A stretch of DNA of 64,000 bases from Lama guanicoe (GCA_013239625.1 MU054187.1:1363964-1427963); one strand, 5' to 3'; positions 37,266 to 50,959 are shown, counted from the stretch's first letter. The notes: a model not told the origin generated them from the sequence alone. A program made the numbers and translations.

Positions 37266-37849
37266 CTTCACACCCCAAACTCCCTTCCCTCTAATGTGTC
37301 AGGTCTGTGGGGGGGTCCTGGCTGTGAGCCCCCCTCCTGGGGTGCACCTCCCCACGGCCCTTCCCACGCTCTGTGGTCACCTGTCGCCGACCTGTTACCA
37401 GGGAACCATCGTGGAGGAGACGCGCAGACGAGCTGGTCCATCTCTTCTCCCTCGGTCAGGACCTTTCTTTATCTCCATGTAAGAAGGCCCGCGGTCTGGC
37501 ACCAGCACCCACTGAACTTCAGGTGCATGAGTTTTTAAGCTGCTTAAAGTATCTGCAATGATTAGTATTTCATTATTTTATTCTTACTTGGATATCATCC
37601 AGAAGCCAAAAATAAAATTTACTAAGTTTAAATAGAAAAAAATTGTATTTTGTAATTTTAATATTGAATCACTGGTTGTAAGTCCCAGGTACACTCGGGA
37701 ATCTTGGTGACGTGTTTTTCTGTCCTTGCAGCCGTTTGGCTGTATTTCTTATTTTGCTTCTAATCATGGTGGATATTCAGCACTGCATGGAAATTATTGC
37801 CAACTAGGGATGTATGTCCTGAAAATGCACTGAAATAAGAACGACGGAA

Positions 37850-38075
37850 CCTTAAACACGCCAGGCACAGTGCGGTCGTGTGCCAGACCCAGGCTTCCTC
37901 CTGATGCTACAGACGAAGATTTATGGGGCCCTCCAAGAGCTGGCCTTACGTTCCATCTGTACCTGCCTTCAGGCTACAAAGACAGACCTGAGACAAGATG
38001 GCATGGACCGAATAGCCCATAAAGCTAAAATGTTTACTGTTTGGCTCTTCGCAGCAAACATGCGCCCACCCTGGG
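37850..38075 (+). mobile_element. MER58-like hAT-Charlie DNA transposon (MITE)
   Basis: GCCCATAAAGCTAAAATGTTTACTGTTTGGCTCTTCGCAGCAAAC...CACCCTG matches the MER58 terminus as recalled. Strand is nominal. Confidence 0.65.
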
Positions 38076-39369
38076 TTTAAAGGATGGTTCACAGCACAGC
38101 GAACCACCACAACTGCGCCATCGCTCAGCCCACTCCACTGCGGTGCCCAGAGCTCTGCATTTTCAAAATTGTTTACAAGACTGGAGATGCCATCATTACA
38201 GACTGTTTTTAATCTTTTATTGAACACAGGAGCATTAATTTTTTATCCTTCACTAATAATGGCAAAGACAAAAAACCTGGCCGCGCAAAACATGTCACAA
38301 TTATTAGAAAGTTCAGATTAGGCGAGCACACAGAACGCGCACTCGAGGCGGTGACGGTGGCGCTGACTTGGATTCCACAGATGAAATGTCGGAGAAACCT
38401 TCGGACGACGGTGTCCTAGACGAATTTCCTCAACCCTAGGAATTTATGAATAGACAATGTATGTCTAAGCGAAAAAGGAAATTTGATCTTCGTATTAATT
38501 TAGTCATTCAACAGAACTGCATCGTGCAGTATTTTGTGACAGGATCCTGGCCCACCCTAATTTCAATTTCTCATTTTTCATTAGGTTTATGTGCAAAAAT
38601 TTACTTGATGCTCTTCGAAAGCTGACAAATGATGAAGGCAAATGAATAAAGAAAGGTTACTGGACATAAACATGGCACAGATATTTAAAAGTTATTGGAT
38701 AGATCATTCTAAATGAGGCTTATAAATAAAAATGAAAGACACAGCAATAGAGCAAGAAGGTGGTCAACTTCTGTTCAAGATCACTTTGAGCCATCAGTCG
38801 TTTCAAAAATTATCCCAGTGTTGTATTTTGAAGGTGAAGGTGTGGGAAGAGTTGCCAGTAACGATGGGCTGGAGCTGGCATATCTGGAACCTAGTGTTGG
38901 CGTTTACGAGACAGGTTGTTTTCTAGATCCACAATGACGATTGTGAGCAGGTACCAGCGTCCAGAAGGCAGCGCCCATTTGGGGTACAAACAAAGTGAAA
39001 ACCAGGGAGAGAAGGAATAAATTTTGAGTTTACAATGGTTACATTTTTAATCACAATTTCTAACAAGCTGCGTATCATTATTCCTTTATTCTTACTCATA
39101 CAAAACAAATAAAATGACTTAAATTATAAAGAATTTAGAAGAATCCATGGAGCGTGTACAGTAAATGGTGATGGCTGTATTTCCAAGTGTATTGGTCATT
39201 AATTCCTGGCGACTGCATTGACTTAATCAAGACTTTTATGCGACAAACTCATTGCCTTATGCTGTAAATGCTACTGACAAATGAAGAGCATTCTCTGAAT
39301 GTGTTTATTAAAAGACAAATCCAGAGAGAAAGTTCTCAGGCATACCACTTGAAATGACACTTCCCTCAC

Positions 39370-39770
39370 GGTCAGCTTGGTCACCAGTATTCCTCGTGCC
39401 ACCCGTGGACAGAGACACCTTCCTCCCACCCCTTTCCTGTTCCAGACAATCACTACCTTTTTCCATCTCTGTAATTTTGTCATTGCAAGAATGTCATGTA
39501 AATGAAATCACACATGATTGAGTCTTTAGAGATTGGCCTTTTTCATAAGCAATATTCCCTTGAGATCCAGGCAAGTTGTTACTCATCAGTATTTAAAAAT
39601 TTTCACCACTGCATAGTCTCCCACAGTACTGATGGGGCACAATTTACTGAACTGTCCATTTGTTAACAGCTGGCTGGGTTATCTCCTATTACTGACTATC
39701 GTTAGTACACCTGCTATGAGTATTCACGTACAAGTTTTCATTTCCCTTGGATAAGTCCCCGAAAGAGACA
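39370..39770 (-). mobile_element. Old L1 (L1MC/MD) 3' UTR
   Basis: TCTCTGTAATTTTGTCATTGCAAGAATGTCATGTAAATGAAATCAC...GCTATGAGTATTCACGTACAAGTTTT. Confidence 0.7.
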
Positions 39771-41222
39771 AACACATCACAGTGAATTATTCTCTCCTTT
39801 TGAAAATAGATATTTGTATCGCTTACACTTTGTTGCTAACATATATTTTTCCTATGAATATTTTTGAAATAATTTTTCTAGTGAACCATCTCACAAACTT
39901 TCATGACCACACGGTCATCAGTAAATGGGAAATAGCGGTGCAGTCCCCCCCCCCCCATTATTACAGACCTGTCCTCAGCTCCTGGTGGTTCTGCTAACGT
40001 GCAAGTTGTGTGTTTTAAGGCTACAGTGTTCATGGGTCCGAGCAGTGAACTGTGTCTTCTTGATTAATTTGTATCCTTATGCAGGGTCACCTCCATCTGC
40101 GGCAACGCTGCTTCCCTTGAAGGCTTGCTTGTTTCTGATGAACGTGGCTTTACAGCCTTGTTTAGTGGCTGCAGACGTGGTTTATTATAGCCTGCAGTTC
40201 ACTGTCTGCTTCATAATGAGGGTATGCCACGTTTTTAAAAAGCTAATCTGACAACCTATAATTTTTCAGTGAATAGTTAACCCTACGTTTATAATGACTA
40301 GTCATATATTTGGGCTGATTCCTACCTTCCTGTTTGGGGCTCTCTGTCTGGGTCCCTCCCTCCCTCCTGCGCTTCTCAGGACTCCTTCCCTAGCCGGGAG
40401 CCTCCGTGACTCAGGGCGTCTGCTGTGATTCCGACACGCATTGTTCTTTCTGGCTTTCATGGGGTCTGTTTTTGTTTTGTTAGGTTTGGGTTTTTTTTTT
40501 TTTTCAGTTCTGTTGTTCTGCCTACTTTGAGCTCATATTTTCTGAGAATATTTTCAGTTTGTGACTCTGGGGCTGAAGGTCTGTTCCTTGGAAGAAAATG
40601 AGCGTTTGTCTCCTCCAGGTATCTGGTGGCCCGGCAGACCAGTGTCTGCTTCTAAAGAAACTCTGCCGAAGGCCTCAGATGCACAGAGGGCTGGAACTCG
40701 AGCTCCACACTCACGTGCAGTCTGGATCCCGACGGCAGGGTGCCAGGGGGTGACTGTCCGTCCCTCTAGCAGCAGCACGTTCCCCTGCGGTCCTCCGTGG
40801 CAGAGCAGACATTTTAAACTTCATGAGTTTATTCAACAGATATTTTTTGAGCTTCTGTTCTCAGTCTCTTAGAACTTGATACATCGGGAGGGAAAACAGA
40901 GAAAATTCCCTGCCCTCTACAGGAGACGGATGATGATGCATAAAATGATACACAGTTAAGCAAATCGCCTACTGTGATGGAAAGAGGGAAGCGCGGCTGC
41001 AGAAAGAAGGAAGCAGAGAAGAGAAGGTCGGGGTATGGAAGCGCTGTTTGTCCTCCTCCTCATCTTCCTGCATGTTTTCTCTACCGTGTCGATCTTGAGC
41101 AGAGTCTTGTTTGGTTTTGCGTTGCACAATATGGCCTTACAACTACATGTGATGTCTGTTAAGAGCTCATTTTCTGTGCACACACTCTTCTAACCCTCAA
41201 ATTATTTAAGATGAGCTGTTAT

Positions 41223-41563
41223 TGTTGGTAGTGCAACAACCTTGTCATGGTCAAAAGAACCTGGTCGGTGAAAAAGCTGAGACACACACATGGACACAGA
41301 GACTCCAAGGTAACTTATGTTGGACGTAGCGGGATGTCAAATCACTCCTAATGAAGCGGACAGTCAAACGCATTGGTTCTTATAACCGGAAGGTCTGGGA
41401 ACACGTCCTCTTCTGAGAATTTGGAGATTTGAAGGATATCAGCTAACTCTCACCTCCCCTAAATTCGTGGTTCAAAATTTTCCTTTCTGTCAGCCTCATG
41501 TTCCCTCCCTACGCAATTCCCCCGGGGCGGGTGGGGGGTCTACAGGAAACCCTTCAGCACCAC
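41223..41563 (-). mobile_element. Putative solo LTR
   Basis: TG...CA termini (TGTTGGTAG...CAGCACCACA), flanks TTAT/TCAT as a possible 4-bp TSD with one mismatch, and an internal TTATAA. The family is not recognised. Confidence 0.5.
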
Positions 41564-42036
41564 ATCATCACTGAGCAGTGATCTTGGTCAAAACTGGTTT
41601 TCTTCTCTCACACACCCGAGGACGCACAGCTAAACAAGCTGATGAGGCGTGGTTATTGGAAGCGCCGTCAGAACCAGAAAATGTTAGAAAGGAGAATTTC
41701 CCCCAAAAGCAATTCAGAAAGTGCTGGCACACAGAGCTGTGCGATGCCCAAGTTAGGCAACCATCTTGGTGACGGGCGCAAGCTTTGAACGAATATAAGA
41801 GAGTGAAAATACAAAGCGGAACAGGAAAACACGGAAACCATGTCCAAAGAAACTATGGGCATCCACCTCCAGAAAAATAGTGGACAATTTTGCTTCGGAG
41901 TGAATGTGATTTTCCTTCCTTACAATTATCTTAAGATCTGCAGGGACCCATTTAACGCACTCATGGTCTCACAGTCACCGCCTTTCACAAACAAGGACGT
42001 CCAGGGTGGACTCTGTTATTGGAAGCCCGGTTCTTG

Positions 42037-42066
42037 CACCAGCAGCACCAGCAGCACCAGCAGCAC
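42037..42066 (+). repeat. (CACCAGCAG)x3 short tandem repeat
   Basis: Directly visible. Confidence 0.85.
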
Positions 42067-42189
42067 TTGAGGGCTCGCCAGGCACGCAGAACCTCAGGCT
42101 CCCCCAGCGCACGTATTGAGCGGGTGATTCACGCGCACGCCAGCGGCGATTAAAGATTAAAGACACACTCTCCGGAGCAGCTTGATGGG

Positions 42190-42370
42190 GTTCTTATCCA
42201 GACTGACACACTTAAAAGCTGGGTGACGTTGGGCAAGTTCCTTAATCTCACTTGAAGCTTTATTATCTTTTAAGTGGGGTGAGGCTAATAGTGCAGACAC
42301 TTCAATATTAAAAACTAACTATATATTATACACTGATCACCGTGCACAGCACATTTAAATATTCAGCAAA
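42190..42370 (+). mobile_element. MIR remnant
   Basis: GCTGGGTGACGTTGGGCAAGTTCCTTAATCTC...TTATCTTTTAAGTGGGG...GCACAGCAC. Confidence 0.65.
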
Positions 42371-42729
42371 AATGACACTTTTATTTCATCTTTGAATTTA
42401 AGCCAGTTTATTCATAACCTCTTCTGCTGGAACATTTCACGTGGAAACCAGGGTGCAAATTAATATTCTCTTTGATTATTTTAGTTTTTGACTTTTAATG
42501 ACCTGCTCAGGTGCCAGTTATTAAAATAATTTTGTTTCTATAAAAGCTCGACAGATGTAGAAAATTGTGTAACAATATTTATGAGATGATATTTTCCATA
42601 AATATTTAAAAGTGAAAATAAGACCATTTATCCATTAAAGTATAAACATTATACTTTCATAAGTATTATTAGTATAAAAACTGTAAATAACTATGAAGCA
42701 AAAACTTTATTTTCATGTTTAATGCGTCC

Positions 42730-44500
42730 CTAAAACCAGCAGAAGTGCCCGCTGGTCCGGCAGCCGCTTGCGGAGCCGCCACGCCCACTTCCCCCCGCGC
42801 GCCTGGTGCGGGGCCTCGCGTCTCTCGCGCGCCCTCTCCCGACCCCGCCGCACACTCGTCCTAACACGTGGAGCGGTCACGGTCCGCTCCGACCTCCTGG
42901 CGGAACTCACCTTGCCCATGAGCGCAGAATTCTGGCGCACATCCCGCTGAAGCCACGAGACAAGCGCAAACTAGCACCGGCCTCGCCCAGGTTCCCCGCC
43001 GCCTACATCCTTGGCTTGGGTTTTATCTCACGCCTTGGTGCAAGAACAGGCCTCAGCCTCCGAAACTCCCCAGCTTACTCAGAATTCTAATCACGTTCCA
43101 GCCAGCGAAGGCCTCTGCTGAAGGCTTCCGGATCCGGTGAGCCCGTCTGCGCCCAGAACCTCTGCGAGGCTCGAACACGGCACTAGGATGGACAAGGCCG
43201 TGGGACGGGGTCTTGGAGCCAGCGCTGCAGAAGGGAGAACGCAGGCCACGCACCGGCCTCGTGGCTTTCTGTGCCCGGTTTACGCCCCTGGGGACTGTAG
43301 ACCACGTGTTCCTTTGCCTCCTTCGTCCCTGGCCCAGGAGAGCGCGCGGTTCCTACTAAGGAAAGGTCACCCGCAGTGACCCAGGACCTGGTGCCAGGGC
43401 TGTAATGGCCGCCACCTGCCCCCGGGCAGTCCGAGCTGGACGCTGGGAGCGCCGGGGCCCAGAGAGCAGACTGCGCGCTCCTGCAGCAGCACTGCCTGGT
43501 GGCCACAGCCCCTTGCCCTGGGCGACGCATCTGACCTACGGCTGACCGGAGCTCGCTGGCCTGGGGGTGCCACCCTGGGCTCGGGACCGTCTTACGAGGT
43601 TTACCTGAGCCACTTTGATGACACACCCTTACCCTCACCGGCAGGATTCCCTCCCTGGAACAGGTGACATGGTTCCACCTAACCCTCACACGGCTTACAG
43701 GACCCATCACCCAGGTGCTCACTCAGCCCCTGCCCTGACAGCCCGCCTGCAGCGCTGGCCCCGCAGGACTCGGACCCTGCGCCCCGACGCTGAGGCCTGC
43801 CCCGCTGGCGCCTCAGGCCCCGCCGGGGTTCATCTGCGTGCCCTCCCCGCCCCTCCTCTGTGGAGCCCGTCGGCGCCCACCTCTGACGCTTGCAGGAAAC
43901 CCGCACCGCCTTGGATTTCGTCTCTGCCCGTATTTCTGCTTCAGGAAAACAGCCTCAGCAAAGCTGAGGTGTATCGCCGGCTTTTCAGGGTCTGGGGTAA
44001 TATTTCAACAGTCTTCCCCGAGGAAGAGTCCCCCCACCCCGCCCGGCCTCCCGCCCCCGCTCCGCCCCCGTGTGCTCCGTCTTCAGGATTTCACACTTTC
44101 CTACCTGGTTTACTGGTTATCAAACAACATTAAAATAAAAAATACAGAGAACAATGGTTGTCACAAAATATGGAATCTAAATCCGGCTGAAGGACAGGGA
44201 ACGCTACGCTAAGTAACCACCTTTTTTAAAGGAAAATTTGAAGGGCAGGCAGTAATTAAGAAAAGATGAATCACTTAGTCAATGAAAGATTAAACACGTG
44301 AGCCAGGTGAAGGAACGGGACGCCCGGGGAGCTGCAGGAGTCTCCGGGTGGAAGACAGTGAAGGAGGACGGAGGCGAGCAGAGAACGCAGCTCCACCGTC
44401 CGCGGAGAAGCACGCGCACCCCGGCGTCCAGGCCCCCGCGTCCTGCGCCCCCGCTCAGGCTGCAGACCCCGGCTGGCCCTCCGGCCCCCGTCCTGCGCTG
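42730..44500. promoter_or_regulatory. CpG island, probable promoter, possibly bidirectional
   Basis: Sharp transition from AT-rich to CpG-rich at about 42730. GCCACGCCC (SP/KLF) at 42778 and CACGTG at about 42865. Minus-strand donor AAG|GTGAGT at 42911/42910 and plus-strand donor CCG|GTGAGC at 43136/43137. Confidence 0.7.
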
Positions 44501-44549
44501 ACTCTGCCTTCTACTCTTGGTAACTGCTCTTCGCCCTTCTTTTCTTCAG

Positions 44550-44670
44550 GGACTCGGATCACCGCACCTATGCACCCATTTCTCACACCTCTGCGTTCAA
44601 ATGTAACCTCTCTTTTATTTGCATTCCAGTGATACACTGTGTGTGTCCAGTAATACTTTAATTTTAAAAC
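44550..44670 (+). other. Candidate non-coding exon
   Basis: Acceptor CTCTTCGCCCTTCTTTTCTTCAG (alternative acceptor at 44629) and donor AAC|GTAAGT at 44671. No recognisable coding content. Confidence 0.3.
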
Positions 44671-45429
44671 GTAAGTCAGGCAGCTAGTTTCAGGTCTTGA
44701 CAGCAGGGCCTCGACTTTAATCTTTCTCTTCTGATAATCGTGAAGAAAAGGCAAGGAAGGATTCAAACGCCACCTGGACTGATGAACAGCATCGCGAACA
44801 TTCTTTTATACTAGTAACACCTACTTTTATTTTTAAAAAGACCAATTGTGTACTCAGTTTAAGTTCTTGTTTATGCATCTGATTTTAAGTGCTTTAAAAA
44901 CAGCTTCAAGTATCACATCTCGTTAGATGATTGTAATTACAGGGTTTAAAATATATAGATAGTAAATTCATTCTATCAGGGATGTAACTCCAAGCAACAC
45001 TGTTTCACTTGTGAAGTAGGCATAATATTTGGATGTTATTCATATCTTCTTTGAAGTTTGAAGCCTTTTTTCCCTTGGCTTTCTCTGGTTTCGTATTTTT
45101 ATGAGTCTAAGCTATACAGAAAAATATTAACCTTACAGAAAACCAAATTTCAAAAGAAGCACTAACACTGATGTATTGAGATTGATTTCAGCCTCTGTCT
45201 CAAGTCACCCTGTCACTCAGGATGTGTTAGCGAGCGTCAGCATCCCAGCAACATCCCATCAACTAAACACGCTCCGAGCACCCAAGAACCGGCCAGGCAC
45301 CAAATGCATTTCTAGTTTAAGAAACTAATTTAATGCTGTCTTCCCGATGTCCCCAGTGCTAGTAATAAATTAGAAGACTGCTTAGAACTCTCTGGGGGTT
45401 TTTTAAATTTCTTTTTTTTTTTGTATCTT

Positions 45430-47265
45430 CTAATTCTAATTAAAAAATTAATGAGAACAATTCTGTGGCATTCAGTACATTCACTGTGTTGTGTAATCGC
45501 CACCACCATCTAGTTCCAGAATATTTCTATCAATCCAAAGTTAAATCCTGCCCATTAAGTGATCTGCCCAGTCCTTAGTGCCTCCCCAGCCTCTGTCCTT
45601 GGCAACCAACCGTTAGCACTTTGTTTGTATGAGTTTGTTTACTCTGGTTATTTTACATAAATGGAATTGATGCAATGTGAAATTTCCTATCAGGATCCTA
45701 AAAATATTTCAGCATGTATCCATGGAGCAGCATGTCCCACCCTTCGTTTCTTTTCATGGCTGAGTAATACTCCTTCACATTCACTTGCCACATTTTTATC
45801 CATTCATCAGCTGGTGGACATTTGGGCTGTTTCCACCTTTGACCATTGTCAATAATCCTAGCATGAACATGTGTGTATGTAGATGTATGCTGGTCTGAGT
45901 ACCTGCTTTCAACTCTGGCTCTCTACCGAAGAGTGGATTACAGGAGCACGGGGTATTCTGTGTTTAACTCTTTTGAGGAGTCACCAAACTATTTCCACAC
46001 AGGGTGGGGCATTTTACATCGTCCCGCAGTATTTGTGAGGATTCAAATTTCTTCTTAACTCACCCAAACCTGTTATTTCCTGTTTAAAAAACATATTATA
46101 CCCAACCCAGTGGGTATGGAATGTTATCTCATTGTGGCTTTGATTTGCATTTCTCTAAGAAATAATGATGCCAAGCATCCTCTTGTGTGTGTGTGTGGAC
46201 TATTTGCATACATTCTTTGGAAAAATGTTTTTCAAGTCCTTTGCACATTTTCCTAATTTTTTGTTTTTTATTTATTGTAAGAATACATTATATAATTTCG
46301 ATACTAGTCATTATCAGGTATATGAGTTACAAATATATCCTCTTATTCTGTAGCTTGTCGCTTCGCTTTCTTGACGATGTCTTCTGATACACAAAGTCAT
46401 TAACATTGATAAAGCCAGATTTATTTATTTTTCATCTGCACCAGTGTTTTTGGAGTCATATCTAAGAATCCGCTGACAAATCTAAGGTTATGAAGATTTA
46501 CCCCCCTGTGTTTTGTCTATGAGCTTTATTGTCTTAGCTCATATTTAGGTTTTGATCCATCTTTAATTAACTTTTGTATATGATGTGAGGTAAGGGTCCA
46601 GCTTCATTCTTTTGTACATGGACATCCAGTAGTTCCAGGACCACGAGAGGAATAGTCTCTTCAGTTGAATAGTGTTGACACTCTTGTCGAAAATCAGTTG
46701 GCCACAGATGCATGGACTTAGTGTTGGACTTTTAATTCTACTCCAATGGAATTCTAATGGGATAGAGGCGAGAGTCCAACAATATGTGTGTGTGTGTGTG
46801 AGTGTGTGTGTGAGTGTGTGTGTGTGTGTAATTATGCCAATGCACGATGTTTAGATTATTGCGACTTTACAGTAATCCTTAAAATTGAGAAATATGGACC
46901 CTCTTAACCTGTTCTTCTTTTTCATATTATTTTGGCTCTTCAGGGCTACTTAAAACTCCATATAATTTAGACTTTTGCTTCTCCATCTTTGCAATAAATA
47001 GGTAAGTAGATGGACCAGATGATAGACAAATGCCATTGCAGTTTCAACAGGGAAGGCATAGCATATGTCGATTGCCTTGGGTAATACTGACTTAAGTCTT
47101 CCATTCTTGAACAAGGAATGACTTTCCATTTATTTAGGACTTCCTTTATTTCTTTTAGTAACGTTTGTATTTTTATTGAACAAACCTTTTACCTCCTTGG
47201 ATAAATTTATTCCTAGACATTTTATTCTTCTGGATGCTGTTGTAATGGGAATTTTTTAAATTTCC
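45430..47265 (-). mobile_element. L1MB-like 3' UTR and ORF2 (antisense)
   Basis: GTGGCATTCAGTACATTCACTGTGTTGTG...TGATTTGCATTTCTCTAA...TGTATATGATGTGAGGTAAGGGTCCAGCTTCATTCTTTTG...GATAAATTTATTCCTAG. Contains (TG)n at 46784-46828. Confidence 0.9.
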
Positions 47266-47269
47266 TTCT

Positions 47270-49680
47270 ATTATTGTCAAGCTTGTACTTTTCCCTTCAA
47301 GTCTGTTTATGCTTCTGCCATATACATTGGACAATACAGTTTGGTGCACTTGTGTTTAAAGTTACTTTTATCCTCTTGATGAACTGACCCTTTTGTCAAT
47401 ATATAATGTTCTCTTGGTTCATTGTGATAGTTTTTAACCTAAGTCGAGTCTGACACATTACTGTAGTTGTCCCATCTCTCTTTTCGTTATTATTTGCATG
47501 GAACATCCTTTTCCAGCTTTTCACTTCCAACCTATTACTGTCTGGGAATCAACACTGAATGTTGGATTCTCAGAGAGTTTAACCTACTTACCTTTAAAGT
47601 AATTACTGATTTTAAAAAAGCCTTCAATCCATCATTTTGCCATTTGCTGCATGAATGTCTTACAACTAGTTGTTGGCTGTTCGTCACTCTCTCCACCACT
47701 GGCTTGTCTGAGTTTGGGCGATTTGTTGTTGCAAAGTCACCTTGACTCCCTTCTCATTTCTCTTCTGAGTATACATTTTCTCACAAGTTACCACTGGAAT
47801 TTCAATTAACTTCGTACGTTTAAAACAGTCTGGCTTGAGTATAAACCAACTTGATGTCAAGCATACAGAAATTCTACACTTACACAGCTCTGCTTCCCCT
47901 GTGGTTCTGTTGTTTTTGTCACAAATCACATCTTTATAAATTATGTATTCAATCCTGTAGATTGGTAATTATTTTACAATTATTTTCTGCATTTGTCTTT
48001 TATACAGTGCAGAAAATTAAAATTGGGGTTTAAAAATAATACTGCTTTCATATTTGTCTATGTAGTTTTCTCTACTAGAGACCGTTGTTTACTCACAGGG
48101 CCTCAAGTTGCTAGGCAGTGTCCTTTCATTTTAACCTGCAGGACTTCCTTTGGCGGGACGCCTTCTGGGACAGGTGTACCGGTGATGAACTCCTTCGGCC
48201 CGTGCGTGTCTGAGAAGGGCTTCATTTCTCCCTCATTTTCAAAGGAGAATTTTGCCAGGGGCCAGCATAGAACTCTTCATTGACAATTTTTTTCATATGT
48301 CATCCCACCTCCTTCTGGTCTCTGTGGTTTGTGATGGAAGCTTAGCTGTTACTATGAGATTCCCTTGTACCTAACAAACTGCTTCTCTCTCTATATTCGA
48401 GATTATCCCTTTGTCTCTTGACATTTTGATTATATTCTCTTCACTGTGGATCTCTCTGAATTTATCCTATTGAGTTTGTTGAGCTTCTTAGATGTGTAGA
48501 TTCACAAATTTCCACAAATTTCTAAAGTTTTGCCCATTATTTCTTCCAATAGTCTTTTTGCCTCCTTCTCTCTTTTCCCCTCTCATCACGCGTATGTTGG
48601 TCTGCGTGATGCTACCCCACAGGTTTCTGAGCCTATGTCAATCATTCCTCATTCTTTCTACTTTCTGATCCCCAGGCTGGAAAACTGCAACTGTCATGTC
48701 ATCATTGTCACTGATTCTTTCTTCTCATTTGAATTCCCAGTTTTGCCAGTGCCATCTGTTGAATACACTATTCTTTCTGCATTGTATTGTCATTGCTCTC
48801 TGTCAAAGATCATTTCTTGGTCAAAGACATTTTTGTGATTTCCTTCTGTTGTCTCCATTCCCTGCCTTTAATTTATATCTATTCTTTCACCAACAACCAG
48901 TTGTTTCTGGTCCTTTTATAGTAATCTCGAGCTCAGGAAGTGTGTGTCTGCCAAACTCACTTTTATTTCTCAGAACTGTATTGCTGCTATAGGCCCTTGG
49001 CCTTATGATGCTGCAAAATTTTAGAATCGTTTTTGTCAACAGCTGCAAAATGCCATGCTGGAATTTTACTGTGAATTTTTTTAATCTACAAATCTGGTGG
49101 GCAAGATTTGACATCTTAAAAATATTGAAACTTCTAATCCATGAATATGAATACGACTCCATTTATTTTGGACATTTCTGAGCCATTATTTCAAATGTTT
49201 CTCCTGCTCTGTTCTCACGTTCTTCTCGCCCTGTGGTTCCACACACCTGAATGTTGTACGCGTTAACAGTGTTCCGTGACCCTTGGATGTTCCTTTTTAT
49301 TTTGCTTTCTTTTCCCCTTTGCATTTCAGTTTGGGGGAGTTCCGATGAACACACCTTCAAGAACACTGGTTCTTCCCCTGGCCCTGCTCAGTCTATAAAT
49401 GAGCCCGTTGAAGATATTCTGCCTTTGTGAAGCCGTGCTTTTAATTTTTTAACATTTCCGTTTTACTTTTTCTTAGCATTTCCATTTCCCTGCTTACATT
49501 AGCCATCTGTTCTTTTATGTGGTCTGTTTCTTTCCATTACAGCTCTTAAAATATTAATCACTGTTATTTAAATTGTCTGATAGTCCCAACATCTGTAACG
49601 TATTTGAATCTAGTTCTGATAATTGTTTTATTTCTTTAGACTGTTTTCTCTTGCCTTTTGGCAGCCTTATAGTTTTTATT
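47270..49680 (-). mobile_element. Composite of old L1 ORF1, inter-ORF and ORF2 fragments (antisense)
   Basis: TTCATTTCTCCCTCATTTTCAAAGGAGAATTTTGCCAGG and CATTATTTCTTCCAATA are ORF1-like. 48720-49160 is ORF2-like. A second ORF1-like piece lies at 49160-49680 (ERENRAGETFEIMA). Confidence 0.75.
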
Positions 49681-50469
49681 ATCGACAGGAATTACTGTAT
49701 AAGTAGTAGAATTGGGGTAACAGTAAATAAATTTTGAAGTGCTTTTTGGAAGTTCCAACAACATTCTCAGTAAAGAGATCATTTTGCAGGGATGTGAATG
49801 TATCAGTAGCTTCTGACTCTTCCTAAGAAGGGAAGCCTGCTTCTATGTGAAGTTCACAAAGTTCAGTCATTCAAAGAATATGTGGCCATATAATCTGGAA
49901 GAAAATTTTGCTGGAATAATTAGTTTAAATGTTTATTCTTGTTAAAAAAAGAAACCTAATTTTAGTCTACATGATAGTCTTTCTTTAAAAAGCGTGTGTA
50001 ACATTTTCCTCTTCACATCTTTTTGCCTTTCTTTTATAAATAATTCATAGTTCACACCTATCTTTTCTTTCATTAAAAAATATTAAGAATGGATCCTTTA
50101 AGATCAAGTCTTCCAAATTATGTATTTTCAGCCCACTCTTTCCTTAAATATCAGATGCAAATACAGTATTTTTGCTAATAGTTGGCTCAGTGCCTGGAAG
50201 ATGGCCTCAGGAATTCTAGCCTGTGAAGTTTTTGATACAAGCAGCTGAAGAAGTGTGAACTGTTTAATTAACAGTTTTACTGAAGATAAATCAAAGATTA
50301 GCATTTATGCTCACCACTTTCAATCGAAAGGCGTTCTTATCCAAATAGGGAAACTGCGCACCTGATCCATTTGGTCCACGTCCATCCTGAAGGGTTAAGT
50401 TATATTCTCTGTCTCTCCATGTAGAAATGCAGGGGGCCTCACAGGCTGAGGTGCGAACAGGTACCACTA

Positions 50470-50577
50470 GTGTCACTGATCATTTTAAGTTTTATTTGGT
50501 GGATCATCACTCCTTCTTCACCACTAAAGTACCGAATGGTGTGCTTGATTCATTCTGCTTCATTTTACTGCAGTGGC
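50470..50577 (-). other. Candidate terminal exon
   Basis: Acceptor TTTAATTTTCCCAG, one frame reading HCSKMKQNESSTPFGTLVVKKE* (stop at 50509-50507), and AATAAA at 50496-50491. The peptide is not recognised. Confidence 0.25.
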
Positions 50578-50959
50578 CTGGGAAAATTAAACCTCAAAAG
50601 AAAATATTTTTTAACATCTCAAACTAATTTTACTATTGTCCCCAGAATATTAGGTTTTATGGTGTTTTAGAACACTGGTGTATGTCACTAGGGCTATTTA
50701 AATTGTCCCAGAGCATAGAAAAAAACTTCAACTTTTTCCTAAGAAACAGAAACATAACTATACCTTATAAAAACTGCATAAAATAGACAACTCTAAACCA
50801 GTCTCACTTTACATGTCAATACACAAACCCCAAATAAAATCGAAACAAGCAGAATTAAATTGTGCATTAAAGCAGTAACATGCAACAACCTAATGGGACT
50901 GATGGTGGGAACTGAAGGAAGATCATAATGAAGAAGTGCGTCCACGTGTTTATGTTTAT

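Noticed and set aside
42911..42919. ATG GGC AAG as the first coding exon of a known gene
   Set aside because: I found no downstream phase-0 exon giving a recognisable protein, and the nearest acceptor (about 41937) reads into an immediate stop. No gene symbol assigned.
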